A DNA stretch of 64,000 bases from Candidatus Omnitrophota bacterium (GCA_028699255.1 JAQVUX010000002.1:107520-171519); one strand, 5' to 3'. Shown: positions 46,801 through 54,467, numbered from the stretch's first letter. Numbers and translations: made by a program. The notes: generated by a model from the letters alone, not told the origin.

Positions 46801-47699
46801 GACACTTCTGGTGGTTTATAATATGGGCTATATGTCAGGTCATATCGGCTATAGCTGCCGTTGTATCTGCGGTATGTACAGTCGCAAGTATGATTAGTAG
46901 CGCGGCGGGTAATCAGGCGTTAGCTAATACGTTTAGTTCCATTGCCCAAATAGCTGGTTGGGTTAGCATAGGGGCTGGGTTGACTGCCATAGGTGCGGCT
47001 ACCGCCGCCGAATCTGCCGCAGCCGGTGTAGCGGCCAACACATCGCAAAAGGTTGTTAGTGAAACGACTATATATGTAGTGAGAAAAAGTTCCGAAAATT
47101 CAGTCGAGATGGGTTTATTTTATGTGTCACATGAAGTGCCAGCGGCTATTCAAAGCAGTGCAGTAAGCGCGGTTGGGTCACTCGTTGCATCAGGAGTAGG
47201 GGCGGGGAGCGCCGTGATAAATAGTGCTATGTCAGGAGGGTCAACAGCAGGAAACGCTTTTGGTAATGCAAATGCACCCGGTTTTTATAAAGACCTTTAT
47301 CCAGGCCAATATCGAACACAACTAAGTGCAGGGGAGATTGGAATCGGATACAAAGGGGCTGGAATTTTTTATCATACAGGACTAGAAGCAAAAAGCATAT
47401 CAGGCGAAAGCGCCATAATAGATTTTAATAGAGCACCGGGTGCAAATAATCTGGACACATTATTAGGTAAAGACGTTCCTGGCAAATTCGGTGGCTCCGA
47501 AAATTATCAATTTTATTTAGTTGTAGATAATAATTCAACCAAAGTTAATGCATTTTTTGACATAGCTGCAAAACTTCATAATACGGATCATTCATACAAT
47601 TTATATGGCACAGGGAAACCATTTAATTGCTATGAAGGTCGTGATTGGGTTTTGGAGCAGTTGAAAATTAAGAATAATGTAAGGTGGCGGAATCAATGA
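40836..47699 (+). CDS. Tc-toxin BC-like Rhs polymorphic toxin: cadherin-like domains, FG-GAP propeller, TcdB mid-N, YD/Rhs repeats, Rhs core (DPxG), novel C-terminal toxin domain
   Basis: Own signal peptide; GDFNGDGLTD x7; REFRGFGYV (mid-N); YxYDxxGN repeats; YYYHADHIGSSNVVTDETG...ARYYDPELGRFITADTV...NPIVYIDPSGHF; then ~300-aa hydrophobic/Gly-Ala-rich + unknown domain. Confidence 0.85.
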   Translation: MRKFISIILVFAHVALILPLPEAHAMESANFKVTESAVSSGGGSNGGIGADIAYSNAAEPATGNAESSNYKASLGYINVIASNPPIFKSLIPDANMRAVWDKAQPCATTISLDGYFSSPDNLPLTYIVEGNSRISAVVNPVTHVVNFSQGDDFSGAEAVRFVAVDASGNRTVSNFVMLVVKGAGNNPPVIHPISDITVRENELVQVAPTVFDPDGDALTITYSAPLNDTGSWQTSYKDSGAYKITATVSDGTLKASSAFNITVKNVNRPPVIDTIAGVTVNEGDVVKLNVTARDPDGDNVTIDYPNPLDSDGSWQTTYKDAGSYSFTVTASDGDLSSTSEANVTVNPINAAPLVRLYSDKTSLSANEEFTVYLLAQDPDGDQLTLTLKKDGSAISGCENIVLDAQTFTKTISISNAGSHTIDAVVTETGVSGDANTASATLKINVDENSSSDVYFPISGDFNGDGLTDLGYFNRALGIWKVQLSKGDGTFGSVEYWIASGFGNNDSYCYPMTGDFNGDGKTDAGFIRVPTSDGAGSYVRLALSSGTAFSAQTTDWRSTSAGTLMSDWHYTTFTGDFNGDGISDTGQVHYEEANYRYVGLTGANGAVSAMENWIKGGSHVSTGEISPIAADFNGDGLTDACFFRKAYGTWTVCLSKGDRFGDTTTWLTVFGTDKDPVLADFNCDGLTDIGYMVKEDSQWSVKYAISDGTKFNLKNGEAYTYKTLISDSVSGTFISGDFNGDGLFDIAVFNKDTREWTVKLHHSKYPDLLIGIDNGMSGTTTITYKDSAVFDNTGDDGLPTLPFSIRVVTSVTQSDGLGSNYTANYFYRDGAFDSVQREFRGFGYVKVIDAEGSYKETYFNQDDIYKGRPSKEVVRDKYNNIYSQVLYNWQDRKLFSDAVDYPYLLDKTSNAYDPVTGATKSAKTIYTYDDYGNAVNVREEGFLDTAGDEQEAQITYYYDTANWILSKPVESRVKDAAGNVAAATKYEYYSDGALKKEERWLGRAGGAPSWGSGDNPTAEFTYSAVGNVETVKDARGSVTATAYDATMTFPVIVTNALGHTQQFTYNKATGKILTSTDPNGQVSSSQYDGFGRLYHVAGPGNISEVAYTYDLASTPTRIISATKTADGSYAKAFSFIDGLGRQILSRSEAEYSGAAKHIVSGEVRYNSRGQVVRKYLPYYISVPAPEDLYMPPQNATCYVAYEYDAMGRLVKTIRPDNKVSYTIYGVNKLEAVNENGQRAAQTKDAYGRIVEVQEDMGDITNYVYDMLGNLTDTYDSASTRNHVHMEYDTLGRKILMTDPDMGGFAGKSWQYYYDRAGNLVNQVDAKGQSITFQYDVINRLVKKWGLSPQGAVPIFSVDYFYDDSSKPNCIGRLSSVTDPSGSTEFFYDILGREIKTTKNIGTSSYSVERSYDSLDRLVTVKYPDSTVIAYVYNKQGGIATVTGEQGASYVSSVSYNANGQIEHIVYGNGTSTDYAYDPYNFRLDQLKTFDPQKTAIQNLAYNFDPIGNVTSIQDSVNTNTQSFQYDNLNRLIQATGNSYGQINYTYDSIGNILTKGAIRMEYGANAGAHAVTAYTLNDVRKTIVYDHNGNMTAKGNSSFEYDIENRLNKVMVEKGGELFDLSLNLAVGWNFFSLPGFIPNTAGKIKDVLASIDGKYDQVSTYDPVTGKWLHYVGDEKFNQFDKFEIGIGYLIYVKEACTLSLSGSFPATAQVSQLKTGWNLVSAPTTSEIEPSEAFRNITYDSIVEYNGTEYIHDPATLKKGNAYWLHVTSDQAWTVPLSQVETTYSYDGDGGRVLRTSPSLITDNLGGCAAADNLGGCAAGASSEVGKGQVTVYVGSSYEAEGPAGQSPDKITKYIYMGSTRICSVETSLRAAEGGSSGVVKAYYYHADHIGSSNVVTDETGSVVNILEYSPFGEVSRNTGNYSTDKRFTGKIYDEGSALYYYGARYYDPELGRFITADTVIAYPYDPQCFNRYSYARNNPIVYIDPSGHFWWFIIWAICQVISAIAAVVSAVCTVASMISSAAGNQALANTFSSIAQIAGWVSIGAGLTAIGAATAAESAAAGVAANTSQKVVSETTIYVVRKSSENSVEMGLFYVSHEVPAAIQSSAVSAVGSLVASGVGAGSAVINSAMSGGSTAGNAFGNANAPGFYKDLYPGQYRTQLSAGEIGIGYKGAGIFYHTGLEAKSISGESAIIDFNRAPGANNLDTLLGKDVPGKFGGSENYQFYLVVDNNSTKVNAFFDIAAKLHNTDHSYNLYGTGKPFNCYEGRDWVLEQLKIKNNVRWRNQ
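46243..46313 (+). repeat. Exact 27-bp tandem duplication followed by a 17-bp-stem hairpin, inside the Rhs ORF
   Basis: CAGATAACCTCGGAGGTTGCGCCGCAG x2 (46243-69, 46270-96); AACCTCGGAGGTTGCGC cgcag GCGCATCCTCCGAGGTT pairs at 16/17 positions. Confidence 0.7.
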
Positions 47700-48103
47700 T
47701 TCCTTATGACTCTTGGATAAATAAAAAGCGATTTGGACGATTTACACTTTTATTGAGCCCTGTTTATTTTATAACCGCTACCTATCAAGTGTCTATGTAT
47801 ATTATATCAGCTGAAATTCGTAAATATGGAATTAGTCTATTAGTTTTTCCATTTGCACTTTTTCTTGTGCTGGTTGGAGTTGTCCGGGTATATTTAAGTT
47901 ATTTACTTCTTAGAAATGCTTGCGAAGAATGGATGATTAAATTAATTTTTGTTTTTCTTTGCGCTATTGAAATTTTTTTTGGATTTTTTGCAGGATTGAT
48001 TCTTATTGCTGAACTTGGGTTAATTGGCAATATAATAGTTATGCTATTTGTGATTTATTATGTATATGCATTATTGTTTTTTAGGAATAAAATAGAGAAT
48101 TAG
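47696..48103 (+). CDS. Putative immunity protein (4-TM membrane protein) for the Rhs C-terminal toxin
   Basis: Overlaps the toxin stop (ATGA at 47696); RBS AAGGTGG; ~4 hydrophobic helices; AT-rich. GTG 47684 is an alternative start. Confidence 0.5.
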   Translation: MIPYDSWINKKRFGRFTLLLSPVYFITATYQVSMYIISAEIRKYGISLLVFPFALFLVLVGVVRVYLSYLLLRNACEEWMIKLIFVFLCAIEIFFGFFAGLILIAELGLIGNIIVMLFVIYYVYALLFFRNKIEN

Positions 48104-48109
48104 ATTTTG

Positions 48110-48142
48110 TAGACACTTTACATAATGCCATACATCAAAAAG
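48110..48142 (+). promoter_or_regulatory. 33-bp conserved upstream motif (copy 1)
   Basis: TAGACACTTTACATAATGCCATACATCAAAAAG; 28/33 identical to the copy at 50238-50270. Confidence 0.5.
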
Positions 48143-48153
48143 GAGACGTTGCC

Positions 48154-49443
48154 ATGAAAACCAGGTTTAGCTTGATAGCAGTATTTTTATCTGCCGCGAT
48201 TTTGCTGTTTGCTTCCACAGCCTCTGCCGCGATCCCGCATCTCATGAACTTTCAGGGCAAGGCAACGGATAAGGCGGGAGCGCCGTTAAGTGGCACATAT
48301 AATCTCACGTTCAGGATATACGATGCCGAAACCGGAGGCGCCGCGAAATGGTCCGAGACCCAAACCGGCGTTCAGATAACGAATGGTATCTTCCAGGTTC
48401 AATTAGGCAGTGTTACCGCACTAACCCTGTCTTTCGATGTGCCATACTGGATATCGCTCGAGATCAACACAGACGGCGAGATGTCTCCCCGGACGCGTCT
48501 TGCATCGGTACCGTATGCGTATGCGGCTCAATCTCTATCTGAAGCACCAGTCATCCCATTCTACAGAAAGGGCTTCGATATTGTCTCTATAGATTTTAAC
48601 TCAATTAAAATCTCAGCCGGTGTTATGGACCTGGTGGGCAAAATGTTTGCGTCTACTATATATTCGGATCCGTTGCGACTTGAATGCCTGACAGAGCCTA
48701 AAAACCAGGACTGGATTCACGGATCAAAAACCCCCAACTCTGTGGCTTACGTTTATGCATTTAATAATGCCGGCCAGATAGCATTTAAATTTTCGGATGA
48801 GGCCCCTACTCTATCCGATTATTATGGGAATACCGCACAACAGCCTTTTTTGTACAAGCGATACCCCGAAACGAGCGAAGGAGTATATTATCGATATATT
48901 GGCCAAATACAGTTGGATGATGCAGGTAATCCGGGGCTTATTAGTAACATCGAGCAGATTGCGTCCACTGTGCGGCATCCGACATCTTATTATGTTTATG
49001 GAACAGCGAGTATATATCACAAAAACGATTCATTGGTATCCGGTGCGATCGGGTCTGTTCATCCGATCTATACAAAAAAGAAAGAGACGAAGATCCTTGC
49101 GCCGCTTTCTAATGTTACCATTAATGTGTCGTTCAAAATCACAGCATCATCTAACAATGGGCCAATGTATCATCAGCTATATAAAAACGGCACGGCTATT
49201 CCTGGAACTGAAGTTTTGTCTGAATCCGGTTTTAACGGGGTTTATGCATATGATGTTACTGGCGTGAATCAGGGTGATTTGATTCAGGTATATTTGGCTG
49301 CAAAATGGAACTCGGCCATCAATCCTACGGTAAGCGAGCTTCGGATAAATGGCGCGGCGATCAACTATGACAACTTTCCCAACATGGGAGCCGAAACGAA
49401 GTTTTATATAGATTCGGGCAGTTTCGGGCAGAGTAATTTATAA
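48154..49443 (+). CDS. Secreted protein with conserved N-terminal domain (IPHLMNFQGKATD...) of unknown function
   Basis: Signal peptide ending ASA; no recognisable catalytic motifs. Confidence 0.6.
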   Translation: MKTRFSLIAVFLSAAILLFASTASAAIPHLMNFQGKATDKAGAPLSGTYNLTFRIYDAETGGAAKWSETQTGVQITNGIFQVQLGSVTALTLSFDVPYWISLEINTDGEMSPRTRLASVPYAYAAQSLSEAPVIPFYRKGFDIVSIDFNSIKISAGVMDLVGKMFASTIYSDPLRLECLTEPKNQDWIHGSKTPNSVAYVYAFNNAGQIAFKFSDEAPTLSDYYGNTAQQPFLYKRYPETSEGVYYRYIGQIQLDDAGNPGLISNIEQIASTVRHPTSYYVYGTASIYHKNDSLVSGAIGSVHPIYTKKKETKILAPLSNVTINVSFKITASSNNGPMYHQLYKNGTAIPGTEVLSESGFNGVYAYDVTGVNQGDLIQVYLAAKWNSAINPTVSELRINGAAINYDNFPNMGAETKFYIDSGSFGQSNL

Positions 49444-49531
49444 TTCGAATGGTGATAGGGGGGGCGAAAGATATGGTTTTAGTGAAATAAAAACTATCTA
49501 TAATACCAACTTACGGAGAAGGGGCAAGCGT

Positions 49532-50221
49532 ATGTGTCATGAATCTTGCATTAATTTTGGAAAAAGAATTATTAAAAAAGAATATGTTGAGAATAAATTT
49601 GTGCTGGAAGTAGGCTCTATGGATATCAATGGTTCTCTGAGATCTTTCATAGAATCGTTTGCCCCTGTTGAATATATTGGGGTTGACATGCAAAAAGGAC
49701 CCGGGGTTGACCTGGTGTGCGCCGCCGAAGATATTGTAAACAAATTTGGACGAAACAAATTCGATTTAGTAATTTGCACAGAAGTCTTGGAACATGTGAA
49801 AAATTGGAAAAAAGTTATTTGGAATTTGAAGCATGTTGTAAAGCCAGGAGGAATAGTGGTCGTAACTACCAGATCAAAAGGGTTCCCGAATCATAGCTAT
49901 CCTTTTGATTTTTGGAGATATGAGATTTCTGACATAGAACATATATTCGCTGATTTTGATATTAAGGTCTTGGAAAAAGATACCGGTGCGCCAGGAGTCT
50001 TTCTTTTAGCTAAAAAAACTATTTTTTTAACTAATGGCAAGGCTGTCAGCATTGACCTTTACTCAATGCTGTTGGGAAAAAGATGCTCGATAGCGGCAAT
50101 CTATTTTTACACTTTTCCTATGCAAATGAAGGTTTATTTTAGGCATCCTTTGAAGTTTTTTACGATGATATGGTGTAGTTGTGTAAAATTATTTGTTGCG
50201 GCAAGCCGTTTTTTTAAATAA
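49532..50221 (+). CDS. Class I SAM-dependent methyltransferase
   Basis: VLEVGSMDINGS (motif I), DLVICTEVLEHV (motif II/III). Confidence 0.7.
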   Translation: MCHESCINFGKRIIKKEYVENKFVLEVGSMDINGSLRSFIESFAPVEYIGVDMQKGPGVDLVCAAEDIVNKFGRNKFDLVICTEVLEHVKNWKKVIWNLKHVVKPGGIVVVTTRSKGFPNHSYPFDFWRYEISDIEHIFADFDIKVLEKDTGAPGVFLLAKKTIFLTNGKAVSIDLYSMLLGKRCSIAAIYFYTFPMQMKVYFRHPLKFFTMIWCSCVKLFVAASRFFK

Positions 50222-50237
50222 ACAAAATAAATAAAAG

Positions 50238-50270
50238 TAGACACTTTATATAACACCATACAGCTAAAAG
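50238..50270 (+). promoter_or_regulatory. 33-bp conserved upstream motif (copy 2)
   Basis: TAGACACTTTATATAACACCATACAGCTAAAAG, upstream of the lipoprotein gene. Confidence 0.5.
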
Positions 50271-50291
50271 CGATGGTCGAGAAAGCGTAAT

Positions 50292-50924
50292 ATGAAAAGA
50301 GCGTTATTTCTAATCTTATCAATCCTTATGCTATCAGGATGTGCAAGCACCTTAAGTAATGTTAAAGAAAATGAGCCATTAATCGTATCATCAGATAAAA
50401 GCGTTGTTTTTGGCAAGGTCTCATTCTATATGCCCTCTGGCGCCGAATGTAAAGCCATGTTCATAAATGTGAAGACCAATAAATTTTATGAAATTCAAGC
50501 AAATGACGGGCCTTTTATAAGATATACGTTCTTTGAGAAGAATAAAAATTTTAAAGGCTATGTCGAAAAGACTTTTTATATTGCGCTTCCTCCAGGAGAC
50601 TATCGCTTCACTACGCTACGCTTCATGGAATATAATCAAAATGTCAGCGATGTTTATCCAAAGATAGACTTTTCTGTTTCGCCAAACGCAATCGTGTATA
50701 TTGGAACTCTTAAGCTTACACCTAAAGATATGCATAACTATATTCTATTTAGCGCAGGTCATGTAAATATAGCGATATATGATGAGAAAGATAACGCAAT
50801 TAAAGAATTAAAAGAAAAATATCCTAGCTTGAATGGCGAGGTCGTTACCAGTTTAATGAAGATACTTAGTAATAAAAAAGATAAAGGCGGCACAACAACA
50901 CAAGAGAACAAAGGGGCGGAGTGA
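50292..50924 (+). CDS. Lipoprotein, unknown function
   Basis: Signal peptide + lipobox LSGCAST; AT-rich. Confidence 0.6.
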   Translation: MKRALFLILSILMLSGCASTLSNVKENEPLIVSSDKSVVFGKVSFYMPSGAECKAMFINVKTNKFYEIQANDGPFIRYTFFEKNKNFKGYVEKTFYIALPPGDYRFTTLRFMEYNQNVSDVYPKIDFSVSPNAIVYIGTLKLTPKDMHNYILFSAGHVNIAIYDEKDNAIKELKEKYPSLNGEVVTSLMKILSNKKDKGGTTTQENKGAE

Positions 50925-51496
50925 AAAAAGTCGCTTATTTATTTACTGCAATACTATTTATTAGCGGGTGTGCGTGGCAAAGGATCCCGGCAATGCCCAC
51001 TTACAATGTTTCAAAAACAATTCCTATAAAGGTTGGCGTAGTATTGGGAGACACTTCCGCGTCTTTCGAGAATGGTTACGGTGTGGTAAAAAATTTGAAA
51101 GAAATGAGAGTGTTTGATGAAATTATTTTTCCGTATGAGAAAAACAATCAAGTTGATGGTATTCTCAAAATGGATATAAATGGCGGTTGGAACTCATCCG
51201 CGCTGTTCGAGTCTGCAAAAGGTACTCTTATCGGTCTTTCTATGGGTACTTTGGGTATGGCGATAGGTTCAAGCGGGACAGGTACCCACGATGCGATTAT
51301 TACACTTAATAAAGGTTCGATAGAAGTGGCGAGATATTCAGTGCATATTAAAACTACTGTGGAGTGTGGGATAAAAGCAGATTTAAGTGACGTTGACTAT
51401 AAAGCTAAAGGTCTCCAACACCGCAAACTGGCCGTTGAGATTGCCAAGCATATAAGCGACGATTATTCACGTATCGTAGAAGAATTTAAAAAATAG
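50921..51496 (+). CDS. Lipoprotein, unknown function
   Basis: Signal peptide + lipobox ISGCAWQ; overlaps upstream gene by 4 nt. Confidence 0.6.
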   Translation: MKKVAYLFTAILFISGCAWQRIPAMPTYNVSKTIPIKVGVVLGDTSASFENGYGVVKNLKEMRVFDEIIFPYEKNNQVDGILKMDINGGWNSSALFESAKGTLIGLSMGTLGMAIGSSGTGTHDAIITLNKGSIEVARYSVHIKTTVECGIKADLSDVDYKAKGLQHRKLAVEIAKHISDDYSRIVEEFKK

Positions 51497-51529
51497 AGAC
51501 TATCTATATTGCGCCAGTAGGGGGGCAAG

Positions 51530-52549
51530 ATGAATAAAGTTATAGTCAGGATTTCAATAATACTGACAGCGGTATTTTTATTGCGTGCTACGTGTAGTGC
51601 CACTGAGATTACAAAAATACCTAGTGATCCAAATTATATCAAGTTTTTAGAATATGGCTCACAAGGAAAATTTGAAGATGCGGAAAAAGAATTAAAACTA
51701 ATAAAGGCAAAACAATATGAAATGTTAATACATATTAATCTTAATGTGATTAAGAGCATATTTGATAAAAAAATCACAGAACAGACTGCAATGCATCTAT
51801 TTAATGGGTCTTATTATCTTGAAAAAGGTGAAACAAAAAAAGCAATCGCAGAACTTAACGAAGCTATTGCAGCTAATCCCAACTATTCAGAAACTTATCG
51901 CAAAATGGGCATTGCTTATTCTGCTGATGGTAAATTTGGGAAGGCAATATCTGAATTAACCAAAGCTATAAAAATCGATCCTATGAATGAATATCTTTAT
52001 TTTACTCGCGGAAGTATTTATTTTAAAGATGGTTATTATAGTAAAGCAAGCGATGACCATACTAAAGCGATAGAGATAGCACCAAATAACGCCAAATTTT
52101 ATGAACAAAGAGCTGTTTGTTATTATATGAAAGGGAAGTATGATAAAGTAATAGATGATTTTAGTAAGGCAATATCAATCGACCATAGTGATCCCAATGT
52201 CTATATACAGCGAGGTGTTGCGTATAGCATGAAAAAGCAATACAACAAAGCTAAAGATGATTTTGAGAAGGCGATGAAAATAGATCCTATTAATAGTTTC
52301 GCATATTTAAACCGCGGGATTTTAAATTTTGTGGCATTAAATGATGATGCTGCATGCACAGATTTTAAAACTGCCATAAAATTAAAGCTTGATAATATTT
52401 TGGCATATTTGTGGTTGGCAGATACATATTATCGACAACATGATTACGATAAAACATGGGAAACTGTTAACAAGATATTGGAATTGAAGGGGAAAGTTAA
52501 TCCCAGTTTTCTTGATAAATTGAAAAAGGAATCCGGTAGAGAAAAATAA
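51530..52549 (+). CDS. Secreted TPR-repeat protein
   Basis: Signal peptide; >=7 TPR units (AxxxxxKAIxxxPxxxxxYxxRG pattern). Confidence 0.75.
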   Translation: MNKVIVRISIILTAVFLLRATCSATEITKIPSDPNYIKFLEYGSQGKFEDAEKELKLIKAKQYEMLIHINLNVIKSIFDKKITEQTAMHLFNGSYYLEKGETKKAIAELNEAIAANPNYSETYRKMGIAYSADGKFGKAISELTKAIKIDPMNEYLYFTRGSIYFKDGYYSKASDDHTKAIEIAPNNAKFYEQRAVCYYMKGKYDKVIDDFSKAISIDHSDPNVYIQRGVAYSMKKQYNKAKDDFEKAMKIDPINSFAYLNRGILNFVALNDDAACTDFKTAIKLKLDNILAYLWLADTYYRQHDYDKTWETVNKILELKGKVNPSFLDKLKKESGREK

Positions 52550-52617
52550 AAGGTGATATTTCCGAACATTGGCAGGGGACACGCTACTTAATTAGTTTCA
52601 TAACGATGGTATGATAC

Positions 52618-53802
52618 ATGGACACAGATAATATAAAAAATAGGAAGCCCAGGATAGGAATCGACGCGAGGATACTTTCTCAGCCAATGAACGGCGTGGC
52701 GAGGTATGCTGTCAATCTCCTGAAGGGCCTTCAGCGGTACGATAAATACGAGATATGCCTCTTTACCGATACGCCCATCCTCGACGAATACAAACCCTGC
52801 ATATCCGGCCACAGGGTGATACTCTTCAGTAATAAAATATTTAAAAAATACTGGAAGAATTGGGTGTTGCCCGTCCAGCTTTTAAAGCATAAGATACAGC
52901 TGTACCATGCTTTGTGGGATAAGGGCGTGCCGCTCATCTCAGCTGTTCCGTCTATTATGACTATACATGACCTATATGCTATCTCCCGCGACAATAGTAC
53001 CATCAAAAGAAAAAAGAAGATCGCCAGATACGTCAATTATTTTCTTGAAGCCTTGGTTTCGAAAAAGATATTCACCGTATCCGAATATTCAAAAAAAGAG
53101 ATAGTTACGAAATTGCATGTTAGGCCCGGGAAGGTGTTGGTGGCTTATCCGGACTGCGATAGGGAATATATAGAGAAGGCCGCCGCATTAAAGGCCGCCG
53201 GTATGGAAGAGCCATATTTTATAAGTATCGCGGGAAGACTGGACGATGTAAGAAAGAACGTGCTCTTTCTTATAAGGTCTTTTTGCAAGTTTACGGCTAA
53301 TGGCGATCCGAAGAGGGCGCGTTATAAGCTGGTGGTGGTCGGCCATTGCGATAAAGAGGGCGAAGCGTTTAAGAGACTGACTAAGCTTATAGATTCCTGC
53401 GGTCTTAACGACAGGGTCATATTGACGGGATACCTCGACGATGCGGCTCTCTATTCGATGATTAAGCGGGCAAGGGCCATGATATTTACTTCTCTATTCG
53501 AGGGGTTTGGCATACCGATACTGGAGGCGTTCTTTCTGGGTACTCCCGTTATAACCTCCAATACTTCGGCTCTGCTCGAGGTCGCGGCGTCTAATAGCGC
53601 TCTACTGGTAAATCCGCTGTCGGAGGACGAACTGTCCGCGGCGATGACTGCCTTGAGCGAAGACGATAGCCTGCGGAACAAGCTTGCCGCAAATGGGAGG
53701 AGGCGGTTGGCGGATTTTGACTGGAAACTCACTATGGAACGGATAACCGCGGCGTATGACGAGATATTGCCTCCGACGCCTTGCATTATCCGGAAGATAT
53801 GA
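52618..53802 (+). CDS. Glycosyltransferase family 4 (GT-B, group 1)
   Basis: C-terminal GT1 motif EGFGIPILEA..G.PVITSN. Confidence 0.8.
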   Translation: MDTDNIKNRKPRIGIDARILSQPMNGVARYAVNLLKGLQRYDKYEICLFTDTPILDEYKPCISGHRVILFSNKIFKKYWKNWVLPVQLLKHKIQLYHALWDKGVPLISAVPSIMTIHDLYAISRDNSTIKRKKKIARYVNYFLEALVSKKIFTVSEYSKKEIVTKLHVRPGKVLVAYPDCDREYIEKAAALKAAGMEEPYFISIAGRLDDVRKNVLFLIRSFCKFTANGDPKRARYKLVVVGHCDKEGEAFKRLTKLIDSCGLNDRVILTGYLDDAALYSMIKRARAMIFTSLFEGFGIPILEAFFLGTPVITSNTSALLEVAASNSALLVNPLSEDELSAAMTALSEDDSLRNKLAANGRRRLADFDWKLTMERITAAYDEILPPTPCIIRKI

Positions 53803-53835
53803 TATACTTTCACTGCCGACGGTACAGGAGACCCG

Positions 53836-54261
53836 ATGGAAGTGAACACACTGCAAGAAAAACGCCGCTATGAACGCTATCCTATATATTGTCCTATTGA
53901 ATATAAGTCCGAAGATCATTACCCAAAAGAGCCGTCAGTAACGCTCAATATATCGGAGGCGGGCGCGCTGATAACGGTAGGGCGCGAGTTTCCGCTTTTA
54001 TCCAACCTGATAATAAAATTAATGCTTAAAGACGAGGTATTGTTTGTTATAAGCCAGATCCGGCATATCCGGCAGAAGCAGAACGAAGAGGCGTACGAGG
54101 CCGGTATCGAGTTTTGGGACAAGCCCAGAGATTTTGGCAAGAAATTCCACAGCGAGCTTAAGGCTATCAAAGAATACCAGCGAAAATACAGGGAGAATCA
54201 GGGTTCCGATATTTCTCTATCTGAGGCCTCGCTCAACTGGTATAAGGACGCGGAATACTGA
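53836..54261 (+). CDS. PilZ domain protein (c-di-GMP receptor-like)
   Basis: RRYERYPI...NISEAGALI (RxxxR ... D/NxSxxG). Confidence 0.65.
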   Translation: MEVNTLQEKRRYERYPIYCPIEYKSEDHYPKEPSVTLNISEAGALITVGREFPLLSNLIIKLMLKDEVLFVISQIRHIRQKQNEEAYEAGIEFWDKPRDFGKKFHSELKAIKEYQRKYRENQGSDISLSEASLNWYKDAEY

Positions 54262-54275
54262 ACCGTCCGTAAATC

Positions 54276-54360
54276 AACCGCGTAGGTTATCCGGCGTCGT
54301 TAACTGCCTAACCTACGCGGTTGTCATATACGGTTGTTATATATGCGCGGTTGTCATTTA
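54276..54360. promoter_or_regulatory. 14-bp perfect IR hairpin followed by three 13-bp direct repeats (CGGTTGTYATWTA)
   Basis: AACCGCGTAGGTTA-19nt-TAACCTACGCGGTT (54276-54322); repeats at 54318-30, 54331-43, 54348-60. Confidence 0.55.
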
Positions 54361-54392
54361 ACCCCACCCCGTAATAAAAATACAGGAATATA

Positions 54393-54453
54393 TTGACAAG
54401 GATGTTGTGTGATGATATGATTAACAGCATTGATATTTAACATAGTTAAATAT
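54393..54453 (+). promoter_or_regulatory. marR promoter TTGACA-17-TATGAT with 9-bp palindromic operator
   Basis: -35 at 54393-98, -10 at 54416-21; IR ATATTTAAC ata GTTAAATAT at 54433-53; SD GAGGAGG. Confidence 0.5.
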
Positions 54454-54467
54454 CGAGGAGGTTAATC

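Noticed and set aside
47684-47695. GTG 47684 as start of the immunity gene
   Set aside because: ATG 47696 is positioned 8 nt after the AAGGTGG RBS and forms an ATGA overlap with the toxin stop. The GTG would place the start inside the RBS. It is retained only as an alternative.
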